Below, one piece after another: positions 45,054-53,047 of a DNA stretch of 64,000 nt (positions within the stretch are counted from its first letter, which is position 1; the number at the start of each line of letters is the position of its first letter). The notes beneath the pieces are model-generated. The model was not told the DNA's origin. It ran no database searches and saw only the letters and a program-made list of their open reading frames with translations. The DNA comes from a virus, in the IMG/VR virus record IMGVR_UViG_3300004481_000389. One strand, 5' to 3'. The position numbers were made by a program, and so were the translations under genes.

Positions 45054-46277
45054 ATGTCTTTGACTGATAAACACGTTCGCCAGGCCCCACCAAAAGATAA
45101 AATCTATTTTTTAAGTGATGATGATGGGCTAAGCCTCAAAATAGAGCCGACCGGATTAAAAACTTGGTGCTATCGCTATACCGATCCAGTCACAAAAAAA
45201 CGGGCAAGAAAAAGCCTGGGCTATTATCCAGAAATGCAGCTCAAACAAGCCAGGAATGAAAGGGACCATAAAAAAGCTTTTTTGCATATTCATGGTATTT
45301 GGGAGGGGGATGAAGTTAAAGCCAGTACCTTATTATTTTCTGATGTGGCGAATGAATGGCTAAATTTTAAAGTTAAAAATAGCCTGGGGGATAATCCTCG
45401 TTGTGGGGTTTTATCACTATCAAAAAGATGCCTGGATAATGATATAAATCCGGTTATTGGTGAAATCCCATTTAATGAGGTTAAACGAAAGGACCTGGTT
45501 AATGTGATCCGTAAAATAGAGGAACGGGGAGTAAAAGAGCCAGTTAAAAAGGCATGTAGTTATTTAAGCCAGATTTATGATTATGCCGTGGCAATTGGTT
45601 ATTCTGATTTTAATATTGCGCTTAATTTAAACAAAGTATTAATTAAATCCAAAATTAAAATAAATTACCCATATTTAAAAGATAGTGAGTTAGGCGATTT
45701 TATTAAATCACTCACTGGTTATAATGCCGATCCAATTATTAAAAAGGCACTATGGTTGAAGCTTTATACTGGTGTGCGTGGTGCTGAATTAATCCAGGCA
45801 AAAGCAGAGCATTTCGACCTGGATAACAAGCTTTGGAGAATCCCGGCAATTCACGTAAAACAATTACGGCGTAAGGCTTTGATGGGTGTCGATGTTCCTG
45901 ACTACTTGGTGCCTTTATCCGATCAAGCCATTGAGGTTGTAAGATCTGCTTTGGATTGGTCCCACGGTGAACGGTATGTTTTTGCTAGTCCTAGAAAGGT
46001 CGGCCAGCATATACATTTTAATTCTATTAATACATTAATTCGCCGTATGGGGTACGATAAAAATAAATTATCTTCACATGGTTTACGTTCAACCATGAGT
46101 ACAATTTTAAATGATTCTGGATTATTTAAAAGTGAATGGATTGAAGCTCAATTATCACATTCGGATAAAGACCAGACCAGGGCAAGTTATAACCATGCTG
46201 AATATATAGGACAGCGTTTAGAAATGATGCAATGGTGGGGGGATTATCTTCATAATCTGCCTACTCAAAATAAATAA
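45054..46277 (+). CDS. int: tyrosine integrase, P4-like family
   Basis: N-terminal LTDKHVRQAPPKDKIYFLSDDDGLSLKIEPTGLKTWCYRY (DUF4102-type). Catalytic segments GVRGAEL, HGLRST and a C-terminal Tyr. Confidence 0.9.
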   Translation: MSLTDKHVRQAPPKDKIYFLSDDDGLSLKIEPTGLKTWCYRYTDPVTKKRARKSLGYYPEMQLKQARNERDHKKAFLHIHGIWEGDEVKASTLLFSDVANEWLNFKVKNSLGDNPRCGVLSLSKRCLDNDINPVIGEIPFNEVKRKDLVNVIRKIEERGVKEPVKKACSYLSQIYDYAVAIGYSDFNIALNLNKVLIKSKIKINYPYLKDSELGDFIKSLTGYNADPIIKKALWLKLYTGVRGAELIQAKAEHFDLDNKLWRIPAIHVKQLRRKALMGVDVPDYLVPLSDQAIEVVRSALDWSHGERYVFASPRKVGQHIHFNSINTLIRRMGYDKNKLSSHGLRSTMSTILNDSGLFKSEWIEAQLSHSDKDQTRASYNHAEYIGQRLEMMQWWGDYLHNLPTQNK

Positions 46278-46308
46278 ACTGAGGCTGCAGATAGAAAAAA
46301 CCTCGTAT

Positions 46309-46338
46309 AAAAAAAGGCCCATTTAAGGGCCTTTTTTT
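46309..46338. terminator. bidirectional terminator
   Basis: A-run, GGCCC-attta-GGGCC, then T7. Confidence 0.8.
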
Positions 46339-46732
46339 AGATATGTGGATATGAACAAATAGCGTCAGTTACATATTCAAAAATAGATCCGGGCGGGATT
46401 TCCAACCAACGGCCAGAGCCAAGATCTTGACCTTTAAATTGGCCATTTGCGCCATAACCGATAGTTGCATCAATTGAGAATCTTGTATTTTTACAGTCTA
46501 TTGTCTGACTGGTAAGCGTGTAATCACCAGCATTAAATTTGCCATCTGCACGATTGTATTTAACTTTTACCCAGGCTTTGCGGTGATCCAGGCCTTTATT
46601 CGCGTATGCAATCCGATCTGCATCTACTGATACTGTTGTATTTTTATTGGCATTAAGCTCTACCCAGTCAGCCGCATTTACAGCCGTGGTTCCCAGTGCC
46701 AAAAACAGGGCAGATACAAGTATTTTTTTCAT
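46337..46732 (-). CDS. secreted protein (signal peptide, two Cys), possibly surface-adhesin-E-like
   Basis: MKKILVSALFLALGTTAVNA/ADW. It is an isolated gene between two terminators, next to int. Confidence 0.5.
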   Translation of the reverse strand: MKKILVSALFLALGTTAVNAADWVELNANKNTTVSVDADRIAYANKGLDHRKAWVKVKYNRADGKFNAGDYTLTSQTIDCKNTRFSIDATIGYGANGQFKGQDLGSGRWLEIPPGSIFEYVTDAICSYPHI

Positions 46733-46765
46733 TTACATTTCCTTTAGTTACAAGGGAAAGTATAA

Positions 46766-46797
46766 ACAAAAAAGGCCCTATAGAAAGGGCCTTTTTT
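46766..46797. terminator. bidirectional-looking terminator
   Basis: A-run, aggccct-ataga-agggcct, then T6. Confidence 0.7.
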
Positions 46798-46807
46798 AAT
46801 TAGAAAA

Positions 46808-47047
46808 CTAGGAATTATGGTGTTTTTCACCCTTATAAAGTGAAATGGCTAACACTGCTCGATAGCGCCAAGATTGCCAGGCTGCTTCAATGAGGGGATT
46901 GGCATAAACCTGATCATCAAGAGGTGAGCGTTTTAGATATTCAGGTGTGAAATTTTCCATACCTAAAATATGTATTTCAAAAGCTTTTCGCTCTAAAGAT
47001 TCTTCAAAGTAGCTTAGGCACTTGAAGGTAAGAGTTTTATCACTCAT
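46808..47047 (-). CDS. hypothetical small protein
   Basis: 79-aa ORF flanked by hairpins. Confidence 0.45.
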   Translation of the reverse strand: MSDKTLTFKCLSYFEESLERKAFEIHILGMENFTPEYLKRSPLDDQVYANPLIEAAWQSWRYRAVLAISLYKGEKHHNS

Positions 47048-47113
47048 GTTATTTTTCCCATTAAAGAAGGCCCTAAAATTAGGGCCTTGAAGGTTTTTGT
47101 GAAGTTGTATTTT

Positions 47114-47668
47114 TTAGCCAAGTCGCCAATCTAGGGGCGCAAAAGGTAGATCATCATCTAAATCACTGGTGCCGCCGCCGCCGTTTGGTGGGGGTGGTGT
47201 ATTTGTCCGGGGTGCATTGCCATAGCCTCCCTGGTTGCGCGGTGGTGGGCTGTTATAGCCTGGCTGTTGCTGATTCCCATAGCCTGACTGCTGTTGGCCA
47301 TTACCGCCTCGTTGCTGGCCATTGCCATCATGTCGGGGACTATCCACCAGCTGCATAACTTCGCCGCGAACTTCGGTTGTGTAACGTTCCTGGCCGTTCT
47401 GATCCGTCCATTGCCGGGTGCGTAATGAGCCTTCGATATAAACTTTCGAGCCTTTACGCACATATTGGGCGGCAATTTCAGCCAGGCGATTATTTAAGAC
47501 AATGCGGTGCCACTCGGTTTGTTCTTTGCGTTCACCCGTAGTTTTATCGGTCCAGCTGTCACTGGTTGCAATTGAAAACTGTGTGAGTGAGCCGCCATTT
47601 GGAAAAGTTTTAGTTTCAGGGTCCTTTCCTACAGTACCAACTAAAATAACCTTATTCACGCCTCGCAT
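47114..47668 (-). CDS. ssb: single-stranded DNA-binding protein
   Basis: [16 protein letters not shown]...[11 protein letters not shown]...[16 protein letters not shown]-rich linker. DDDLPF is followed by eight extra residues. Confidence 0.9.
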   Translation of the reverse strand: MRGVNKVILVGTVGKDPETKTFPNGGSLTQFSIATSDSWTDKTTGERKEQTEWHRIVLNNRLAEIAAQYVRKGSKVYIEGSLRTRQWTDQNGQERYTTEVRGEVMQLVDSPRHDGNGQQRGGNGQQQSGYGNQQQPGYNSPPPRNQGGYGNAPRTNTPPPPNGGGGTSDLDDDLPFAPLDWRLG

Positions 47669-47684
47669 GATATTTACCTCTAAA

Positions 47685-47999
47685 TTAACTTTTTAGAACG
47701 GGTTTCTTGCCCTGAGTTTTAGGCTTTGATTTGCGTTCAACTGGATTTGGTTTCGGTTTGGTGTCGGATCGCTTTGTAGCTGGCTTGTGTTGCCTGTTAT
47801 CCTTTCGGGCTTGCTGCTGCTTATACCGGGCCTGTTGATCATGCTTGAAGGCTGCAGCGGTGAATTTTTCAATCTCGAAAGGGGCTACATTCTCAAATGT
47901 TTGACCCAGGCAGACTAGGGTTCGCGTCATGCTGCTATAGCGAAAACTGATACCCGTGTGTTTGTTTGGTGTGTTGCTTTGATTCATGTTTATTTCCAT
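47685..47999 (-). CDS. hypothetical protein with a basic C-terminus
   Basis: 104-aa ORF in the leftward operon. Confidence 0.5.
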   Translation of the reverse strand: MEINMNQSNTPNKHTGISFRYSSMTRTLVCLGQTFENVAPFEIEKFTAAAFKHDQQARYKQQQARKDNRQHKPATKRSDTKPKPNPVERKSKPKTQGKKPVLKS

Positions 48000-48001
48000 A
48001 A

Positions 48002-48036
48002 AAAAAGCGCAAAACTAAAAAAGGTTTGCGCTTTTA
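48002..48036 (-). terminator. rho-independent terminator or attenuator after the HU gene
   Basis: Minus strand reads aagcgcaaa...tttgcgctt followed by TTTTT. Confidence 0.65.
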
Positions 48037-48056
48037 ATTCTGAAAGCCGCTTATCA

Positions 48057-48332
48057 CTAAGGGTTTAGAATATCTTTCATGCCTTTGCTCATTTTGAAGC
48101 TAACAGTGTTTTTAGCGTGAATCACGGCTGGTTCGCCCGTTTTAGGGTTGCGGCCCATACGTTCATTTTTACGTTTTGGCGTGAAGATACCAAAGCCAAC
48201 CAGGGTTACAGTTTCACCTTCCGCTAGGCCTTCGGTGATCGCCTGTAAAGATGCTTCAAATACAGCACTGGCTTGGGCTTGGGTAACGTTCGCTTTTTTT
48301 GCAACGATTTGGATGATTTCAGCCTTTTTCAT
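48057..48332 (-). CDS. HU/IHF-family DNA-binding protein
   Basis: MKKAEIIQIVAKKANVTQAQA...FGIFTPKRKNERMGRNPKTGEPAVI. 91 aa counted from the second Met. Confidence 0.85.
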   Translation of the reverse strand: MKKAEIIQIVAKKANVTQAQASAVFEASLQAITEGLAEGETVTLVGFGIFTPKRKNERMGRNPKTGEPAVIHAKNTVSFKMSKGMKDILNP

Positions 48333-48350
48333 AGTTCGCTTCGCTTTCAA

Positions 48351-48650
48351 TTAAGTAGATTGCTGTTGCTCGGCATTGGCTTTCATCTGGCTTATGTGAT
48401 TCATAAAGACAGCGAAGGCCTCAGCGCCTTGTAACATATAGCGATACTGTAATCGTAGCTCATGGCTCTCAGTCTGCAATTTTCCATTATTGATAGTGTA
48501 GTGGGGGATTTGTTCGCCACGTGCATCATATTTTTGGATTAGCAGACCAACCAGGTAGTATTTAAATTCTTCCTGGGTGCGTGGTCGGGAAAGGTATTCT
48601 GCAAACTTACTCATAATTGGCTCAAAAAAAGGTAGGCCCATCGTGATCAA
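48351..48650 (-). CDS. hypothetical protein
   Basis: 99-aa ORF, tightly packed. Confidence 0.5.
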   Translation of the reverse strand: MITMGLPFFEPIMSKFAEYLSRPRTQEEFKYYLVGLLIQKYDARGEQIPHYTINNGKLQTESHELRLQYRYMLQGAEAFAVFMNHISQMKANAEQQQST

Positions 48651-48662
48651 TGGGCCTGGGTG

Positions 48663-50234
48663 TTACGCCGTTAATTCAGCATGAAGGGTATTCAAATAAG
48701 CGGCCATGTCTTTAATCATTTGAGCTGCTTCATCTTGGGTATATGAATCTTTTACGATATGCCCTAGATGCGTGGCCAGCTGACCATGATTAAAACGTAG
48801 CTGATTATCTAAATCCGCTGCTGCAATCAGTGATTCAGCATTATCGGACCCTTTCTGCTTGGCTTTTGCGTCCTTTTCCTTTTGCTTTTTGGCCTGTGCA
48901 ATCATCCGTTCAGCTTCCAGGCGGGCAGCTTCACTTACTTGAGATTCCTCAGCGGCGGCCTGTGCCTTTTCGGCCTGTTGCTGGTTATAGCAATCGATCC
49001 GGTATTTCACCGCTTCAACCAGATATTCGCCTGTGTTCTGCTCAGCAAGTTTTTCCTTGTCACTGAATAGGAACTCATAGCCTTTAGCATTCTTATCAAT
49101 AAACGCAATACCTGTGTCGATCTGCTCAATTAGCACATCAATGGCACCCTTAGCGCGTGATACCTCCATGAAAATAGCCTCATTCATAGATGAAAGGCTT
49201 TTTTTGCCTTTGATGGCATTTTCCAGGGAGTAAGTCACATTGACTTGATACTTTTGTTCACTCAAGTACGCTGCAATGGTCGCTTGAGCCTCATGGATCG
49301 CATTTTGTTTAATTTGATCCTTTTGGCTTTTTACCAGCTTTTCAAGGACCAATCGCTTAGAGCGTAGCTTGTCCTGGATCTCGTCAATTGCCGTCAATAC
49401 TGCATTAATATCGGTCGATTGAGACAGTACATTCGCCTTAACATCGGTTAATGATGTTTCTGAACTCTTGCACCATTTCACGGCCTTTTCAGCATCGGCA
49501 AAGTCTTGATCAGTCACCAGCTCAGTGCTGATGCCTTCAATAATGGCTACCGCATTTTCAGTATAAAGATCTAAGTTGCTGGCCAACACTGTGCCTTGCA
49601 CTTGGATCGATAGCTGCATGAGCTGATCAATCGATTTGCCCTGAACTTTCTCCTGGCCAACGATATGAGTTTTTAGATCCTCGTTGAATTTATCCCAACC
49701 GGATAACAGCTGTTTACGCTTAACCGGGTCGGATTCATACCAGCAATGCACCATTTTTTCAGGGGTCCCGTCTGATACCACAAACAGGATTTTTTCAGCA
49801 CCGGAGACATAGAGTTGCTGCTCTAGTTGCCACACATGGGATTCAGGAACTTGATTATTTCTGACACATTCAGCCAGTTTCTCATTCCATATCTTGTGTT
49901 CAAAGCCCACATCACCCATGAGGGTGATGCCATCGAATGATGCAAGGAGATTGTCACGGCTGGCCACTAACTGAAAAAGATCATCATCAATGATGGATTC
50001 AACAATCGGGCGGGCCATGTCCTCGGCCTTATGGCCCAGGGCAAATAGCTGTTTTTCGTAGTAAGTCGGCTCAGGTGTGATGCCTGATTTTTTCTGATCC
50101 AGCAATTGTGTACGGGTGAGGTATGCACAGCATCCCATCATTGCACTGGCCTCGCTGGCCGTGTTGAACTGGGCGCGTAGATCAAGCCATTCTTGCGTAC
50201 CTTGTTTGATACGGTGGGTAATCATTGCATTCAT
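48663..50234 (-). CDS. YqaJ-type recombination exonuclease with a ~320-aa C-terminal extension
   Basis: GTQEWLDLRAQFNTASEASAMMG and SFDG...GFEHKIW. The C-terminal two-thirds is helical, E/K/Q-rich and unrecognised. Confidence 0.7.
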   Translation of the reverse strand: MNAMITHRIKQGTQEWLDLRAQFNTASEASAMMGCCAYLTRTQLLDQKKSGITPEPTYYEKQLFALGHKAEDMARPIVESIIDDDLFQLVASRDNLLASFDGITLMGDVGFEHKIWNEKLAECVRNNQVPESHVWQLEQQLYVSGAEKILFVVSDGTPEKMVHCWYESDPVKRKQLLSGWDKFNEDLKTHIVGQEKVQGKSIDQLMQLSIQVQGTVLASNLDLYTENAVAIIEGISTELVTDQDFADAEKAVKWCKSSETSLTDVKANVLSQSTDINAVLTAIDEIQDKLRSKRLVLEKLVKSQKDQIKQNAIHEAQATIAAYLSEQKYQVNVTYSLENAIKGKKSLSSMNEAIFMEVSRAKGAIDVLIEQIDTGIAFIDKNAKGYEFLFSDKEKLAEQNTGEYLVEAVKYRIDCYNQQQAEKAQAAAEESQVSEAARLEAERMIAQAKKQKEKDAKAKQKGSDNAESLIAAADLDNQLRFNHGQLATHLGHIVKDSYTQDEAAQMIKDMAAYLNTLHAELTA

Positions 50235-51169
50235 GCTGCTTTGTCCTGTAAGTCTAAAATTGCGGCCTTTTGTTCGGCTGTGAGGCTATATGAACTTTCC
50301 ATCGTATCGATCAGCTGTTGAGCTGTGGCGCGACCCGTAGAAATAACCAAAATGGCTTTTTGATAGTTTTTATCGAAACGCTCTTGAGCCATTGGCGGCT
50401 TATCGCTTTCTGGTGGCTGTTGTGGTGCCTGATCTGCTGGCGGCTGCTCTTGCGATTGATCTTGCTGCTGCGCTTGGTCCTGTGGTGGCTGTTGCTGCAC
50501 TTGATCCTGTGGTTGCTGCTGTTGGGCCTCCTGTGCTTCACCCTCTATAGCGGCGGTATCACGCATAAATTGGAGTGCTTCATCTGGATCGTAGATCCCA
50601 GTAAAGCCAAACGCATAACGCGCACACTGAATAAGCGTTTTATGGCGTAACATGCGGTTTGGGTGGCTTTGCCATGCGCCCTCTTTTTTATATCCATTTT
50701 TAACCGATGGTGGCTTGTAGGTTTCGCCCATGTATTCACGGACCACAATCGGACGTTCACGATCTTTACGATAGAGGAAACATTCACACCAGGTATGCGA
50801 AAACATTTTTTCTTTATCTGGTAAAGCTACCATTTCCTCAGAGTATTTGAACTCCATGCCCGCAAATTCAGGATGAGTATTAATAATGCTACTCCAACCA
50901 TCTACCCCGACAATCGGAATAATGCCGCCATTTTGAGCAGGGAAAGCGTAAATCTCACGGGTGAACGGGTTGAGCTGGTATTGCTTGGCCACAATGAGTA
51001 AAGCGGTCATTTGTGCCGGGGTAACTTCTTGCTTGAAGCATGTTTGAATCAATACGTCAGCAACTAGCTGGGTGTTTACCTGGCCTTCATTGACCGCAAT
51101 ATTAAATTTACGGCCAAATTCCTCAAGTAATGCTGATGCGCTATCAAGTGCGGCTACATAGTTAGTCAT
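50231..51169 (-). CDS. recT: RecT-family single-strand annealing protein
   Basis: QYQLNPFTREIYAFP...GIIPIVGVDGWSSIINTHPEF. A Q/P-rich linker precedes a ~55-aa C-terminal domain. The ATG at 51169 is preferred. Confidence 0.8.
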   Translation of the reverse strand: MTNYVAALDSASALLEEFGRKFNIAVNEGQVNTQLVADVLIQTCFKQEVTPAQMTALLIVAKQYQLNPFTREIYAFPAQNGGIIPIVGVDGWSSIINTHPEFAGMEFKYSEEMVALPDKEKMFSHTWCECFLYRKDRERPIVVREYMGETYKPPSVKNGYKKEGAWQSHPNRMLRHKTLIQCARYAFGFTGIYDPDEALQFMRDTAAIEGEAQEAQQQQPQDQVQQQPPQDQAQQQDQSQEQPPADQAPQQPPESDKPPMAQERFDKNYQKAILVISTGRATAQQLIDTMESSYSLTAEQKAAILDLQDKAA

Positions 51170-51240
51170 TTTTGGTATTCCTGAAAATGAAAAAAGCAAT
51201 GCTTTAAGGGCATTGCTCTAAAAGAAGTAAAAAGGGTTGA

Positions 51241-51642
51241 TTAGAAGCCTGGGCGCTCAAAACGGCTTTGAGTTTTGATCTTTTGAGCCATCATGTCGCG
51301 TACATAAGTCAGTACGGTCGGACGTTCGCGCTCGGCCTGAATAGCGGCCTTTTCAGCTTGTTTCTGCGCTTGCATTTCGATAGCCATTTGATGCAATTCG
51401 GCGCTAGGGTAGTAAACAATCGTCATGGAGCTTTTAGACATGCACAGGATTGGATCGCCTTTAGCACCTTTACGCTTAGCAGTCATCATTGCCTCGCGGT
51501 AAGTGTTACCTACAAAGCGGATTGCCTTTTCTTCAATAGTTTTGTGTGGAATACCACGGTACATAGTGTTCATCGTTCTAGCCTTTGATTGATGATGATG
51601 GGAAACAAAGATCGGGATGATCTTTTGTATATAACCAGACAT
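51241..51642 (-). CDS. hypothetical protein, first gene of the leftward operon
   Basis: 133-aa ORF. The true start may be the internal MNTMYRG. Confidence 0.45.
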   Translation of the reverse strand: MSGYIQKIIPIFVSHHHQSKARTMNTMYRGIPHKTIEEKAIRFVGNTYREAMMTAKRKGAKGDPILCMSKSSMTIVYYPSAELHQMAIEMQAQKQAEKAAIQAERERPTVLTYVRDMMAQKIKTQSRFERPGF

Positions 51643-51747
51643 GCTGGTTATATAGAGAAAATCACGGATAACCTTTACTACATATAATCTTTTAATGAAT
51701 GAGTTTTGCAGCTCAGCACTACAAATATTAGAAAGTGACTTTTTAAA

Positions 51748-51768
51748 AAATTAGTCTTTATCTAATTT
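51748..51768. promoter_or_regulatory. operator-like inverted repeat AAATTAG-TCTTTAT-CTAATTT (OL-like position)
   Basis: 7-bp arms. Shares TATCTAATTTAT and CCAATCAT(A)TTTAAA with the cI-cro intergenic region. Confidence 0.5.
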
Positions 51769-51823
51769 ATGATCCAATCATATTTAAACGATTCATGTAA
51801 ATCAAGCGGTTTTTGAATTATTT

Positions 51824-51859
51824 TGCACTTATGCAGTTATGCACCTATGCACTTATGCA
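51824..51859. repeat. five perfectly phased TGCA-core octamers
   Basis: TGCA at 51824, 51832, 51840, 51848 and 51856. Lies between the cI terminator and the leftward-operon promoter region. Confidence 0.8.
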
Positions 51860-51880
51860 CCTAAATTAAGCTATAGGCAC

Positions 51881-51903
51881 AAAAAAAGGCGCACCAGGCA
51901 CCT
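51881..51903 (-). terminator. rho-independent terminator after the repressor gene
   Basis: Minus strand reads AGGTGC-ctggt-GCGCCT followed by T7. Confidence 0.5.
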
Positions 51904-51921
51904 TAACTGTTTTACAAAAGA

Positions 51922-52683
51922 TTAGAAGGACATTAAATCAGTGGGGTAAAGAGCTGATACAACCTTGCCGATCAATTGCGTATTTTGATCTGACACCGTA
52001 ATTGTGCCAGCGTTAGCATTAAAAGCACGGGCTTCAATATTTTCGCCATTACTGGTGATTGCACGGAATACATACTTATCATTGCTTTCAATAATCGATG
52101 ATGTATTTGAGTTGTCGTATTTGATTTTTAATACAGCAAATTCATTTACACGTGGCTTTTCGTCCGGGCTAACCAGCAACAATAATCCCTTACTAAAACT
52201 TAAACCGCCGTTATAAGAAACCATATCCTCAGATTCTAGTTTGATCCAGAAACCATAGGGGCCAACATCCAGGTCAGATGAATAGGTATTGCGGGTTATT
52301 TTATTCAGGGTAATGCTGTTGATCGTGCCTTTTAAATCGTCAATATCATCTGTATTCAAAACTGGGTAACGATATGAACGCTGATCAATCTGGCCTGTAA
52401 TTTTCCCGTACTCATAGGCCATACGTGGTGAAAAATCTTCGATAGATACCTGTAATTGTTCTGCAAAGAAAGCCGCAAATTTAATATTTAAAGGGGTTTG
52501 GCCGTGTAGGTAGGCGAACACAGAAGGCGGCTCGACTTTAAAGCGTTTTGCTAATTCTTTTTGAGTTAAATTTAAAAGTCTTTTTTTATCATTAAATATT
52601 TTCTTCATTGCCTCAGATTCGGCAAAAATAATTTCCTTAGTAACGTCTTGTTTCTCTAACCTTTGTGCTTCTCGCATGTTCAT
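51922..52683 (-). CDS. cI: CI-like repressor (XRE HTH plus lambda-CI-like C-terminal domain)
   Basis: The HTH is LNLTQKELAKRFKVEPPSVFAYLHGQ. FWIKLESEDM...SFSKGLLLLVSP...IGKVVSAL aligns with lambda CI FWLEVEGNSM...SFPDGMLILVDP...VGKVIAS. Confidence 0.75.
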   Translation of the reverse strand: MNMREAQRLEKQDVTKEIIFAESEAMKKIFNDKKRLLNLTQKELAKRFKVEPPSVFAYLHGQTPLNIKFAAFFAEQLQVSIEDFSPRMAYEYGKITGQIDQRSYRYPVLNTDDIDDLKGTINSITLNKITRNTYSSDLDVGPYGFWIKLESEDMVSYNGGLSFSKGLLLLVSPDEKPRVNEFAVLKIKYDNSNTSSIIESNDKYVFRAITSNGENIEARAFNANAGTITVSDQNTQLIGKVVSALYPTDLMSF

Positions 52684-52710
52684 AAATCCTCCGCTTACGG
52701 AATTATACTG

Positions 52711-52780
52711 TATCTAATTTATTGCTATTTAATTAGGTAATAACTAATATTTAAACCAATCATTTAAATTTCTCTAATTT
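52711..52780. promoter_or_regulatory. OR-like divergent control region with a candidate rightward promoter
   Basis: Candidate -35 TTGCTA (52722-52727), 17-nt spacer, -10 TAATAT (52745-52750). CTAATT/AATTAG boxes at 52714, 52731, 52743 and 52774. Confidence 0.45.
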
Positions 52781-52786
52781 CTCAAT

Positions 52787-52993
52787 ATGGCTCTATACCA
52801 ATCATTACCAGAATATATCCACCATTGCGGCGGCTTTACTGATGCTAGTCGGAACATGGCGACTACCCCTCAAACTCTATTTAATGCCTTAAAAGCCAAA
52901 CGCCAGATACTCGTCAAGCTAAATGAATCTAAAGATTACATGGAAGCTTACGAAATTAAACCCTTCCCGTGTCAAAAATTAAGCAAAGTATAA
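52787..52993 (+). CDS. cro: lambda Cro-family repressor
   Basis: LFNALKAKRQILVKLNESKDYMEAYEIKPFPCQK resembles lambda Cro [34 protein letters not shown]. Confidence 0.75.
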   Translation: MALYQSLPEYIHHCGGFTDASRNMATTPQTLFNALKAKRQILVKLNESKDYMEAYEIKPFPCQKLSKV

Positions 52994-53047
52994 CTTAATC
53001 GCTCAATTATTGCACTACCTCTTAATTAGATCAAGGTTTTTTAAGTA

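Noticed and set aside
47158-47475. 105-aa alternative-frame ORF within ssb
   Set aside because: It lies in the same region as the clearly conserved SSB frame and arises from the repetitive G/Q/P linker.
50318-50650. 110-aa Leu/Trp-rich plus-strand ORF that looks like a membrane protein
   Set aside because: It is the shadow of the CAG/CAA-rich (Q-rich) part of recT on the opposite strand. It has no RBS and makes no sense in context.
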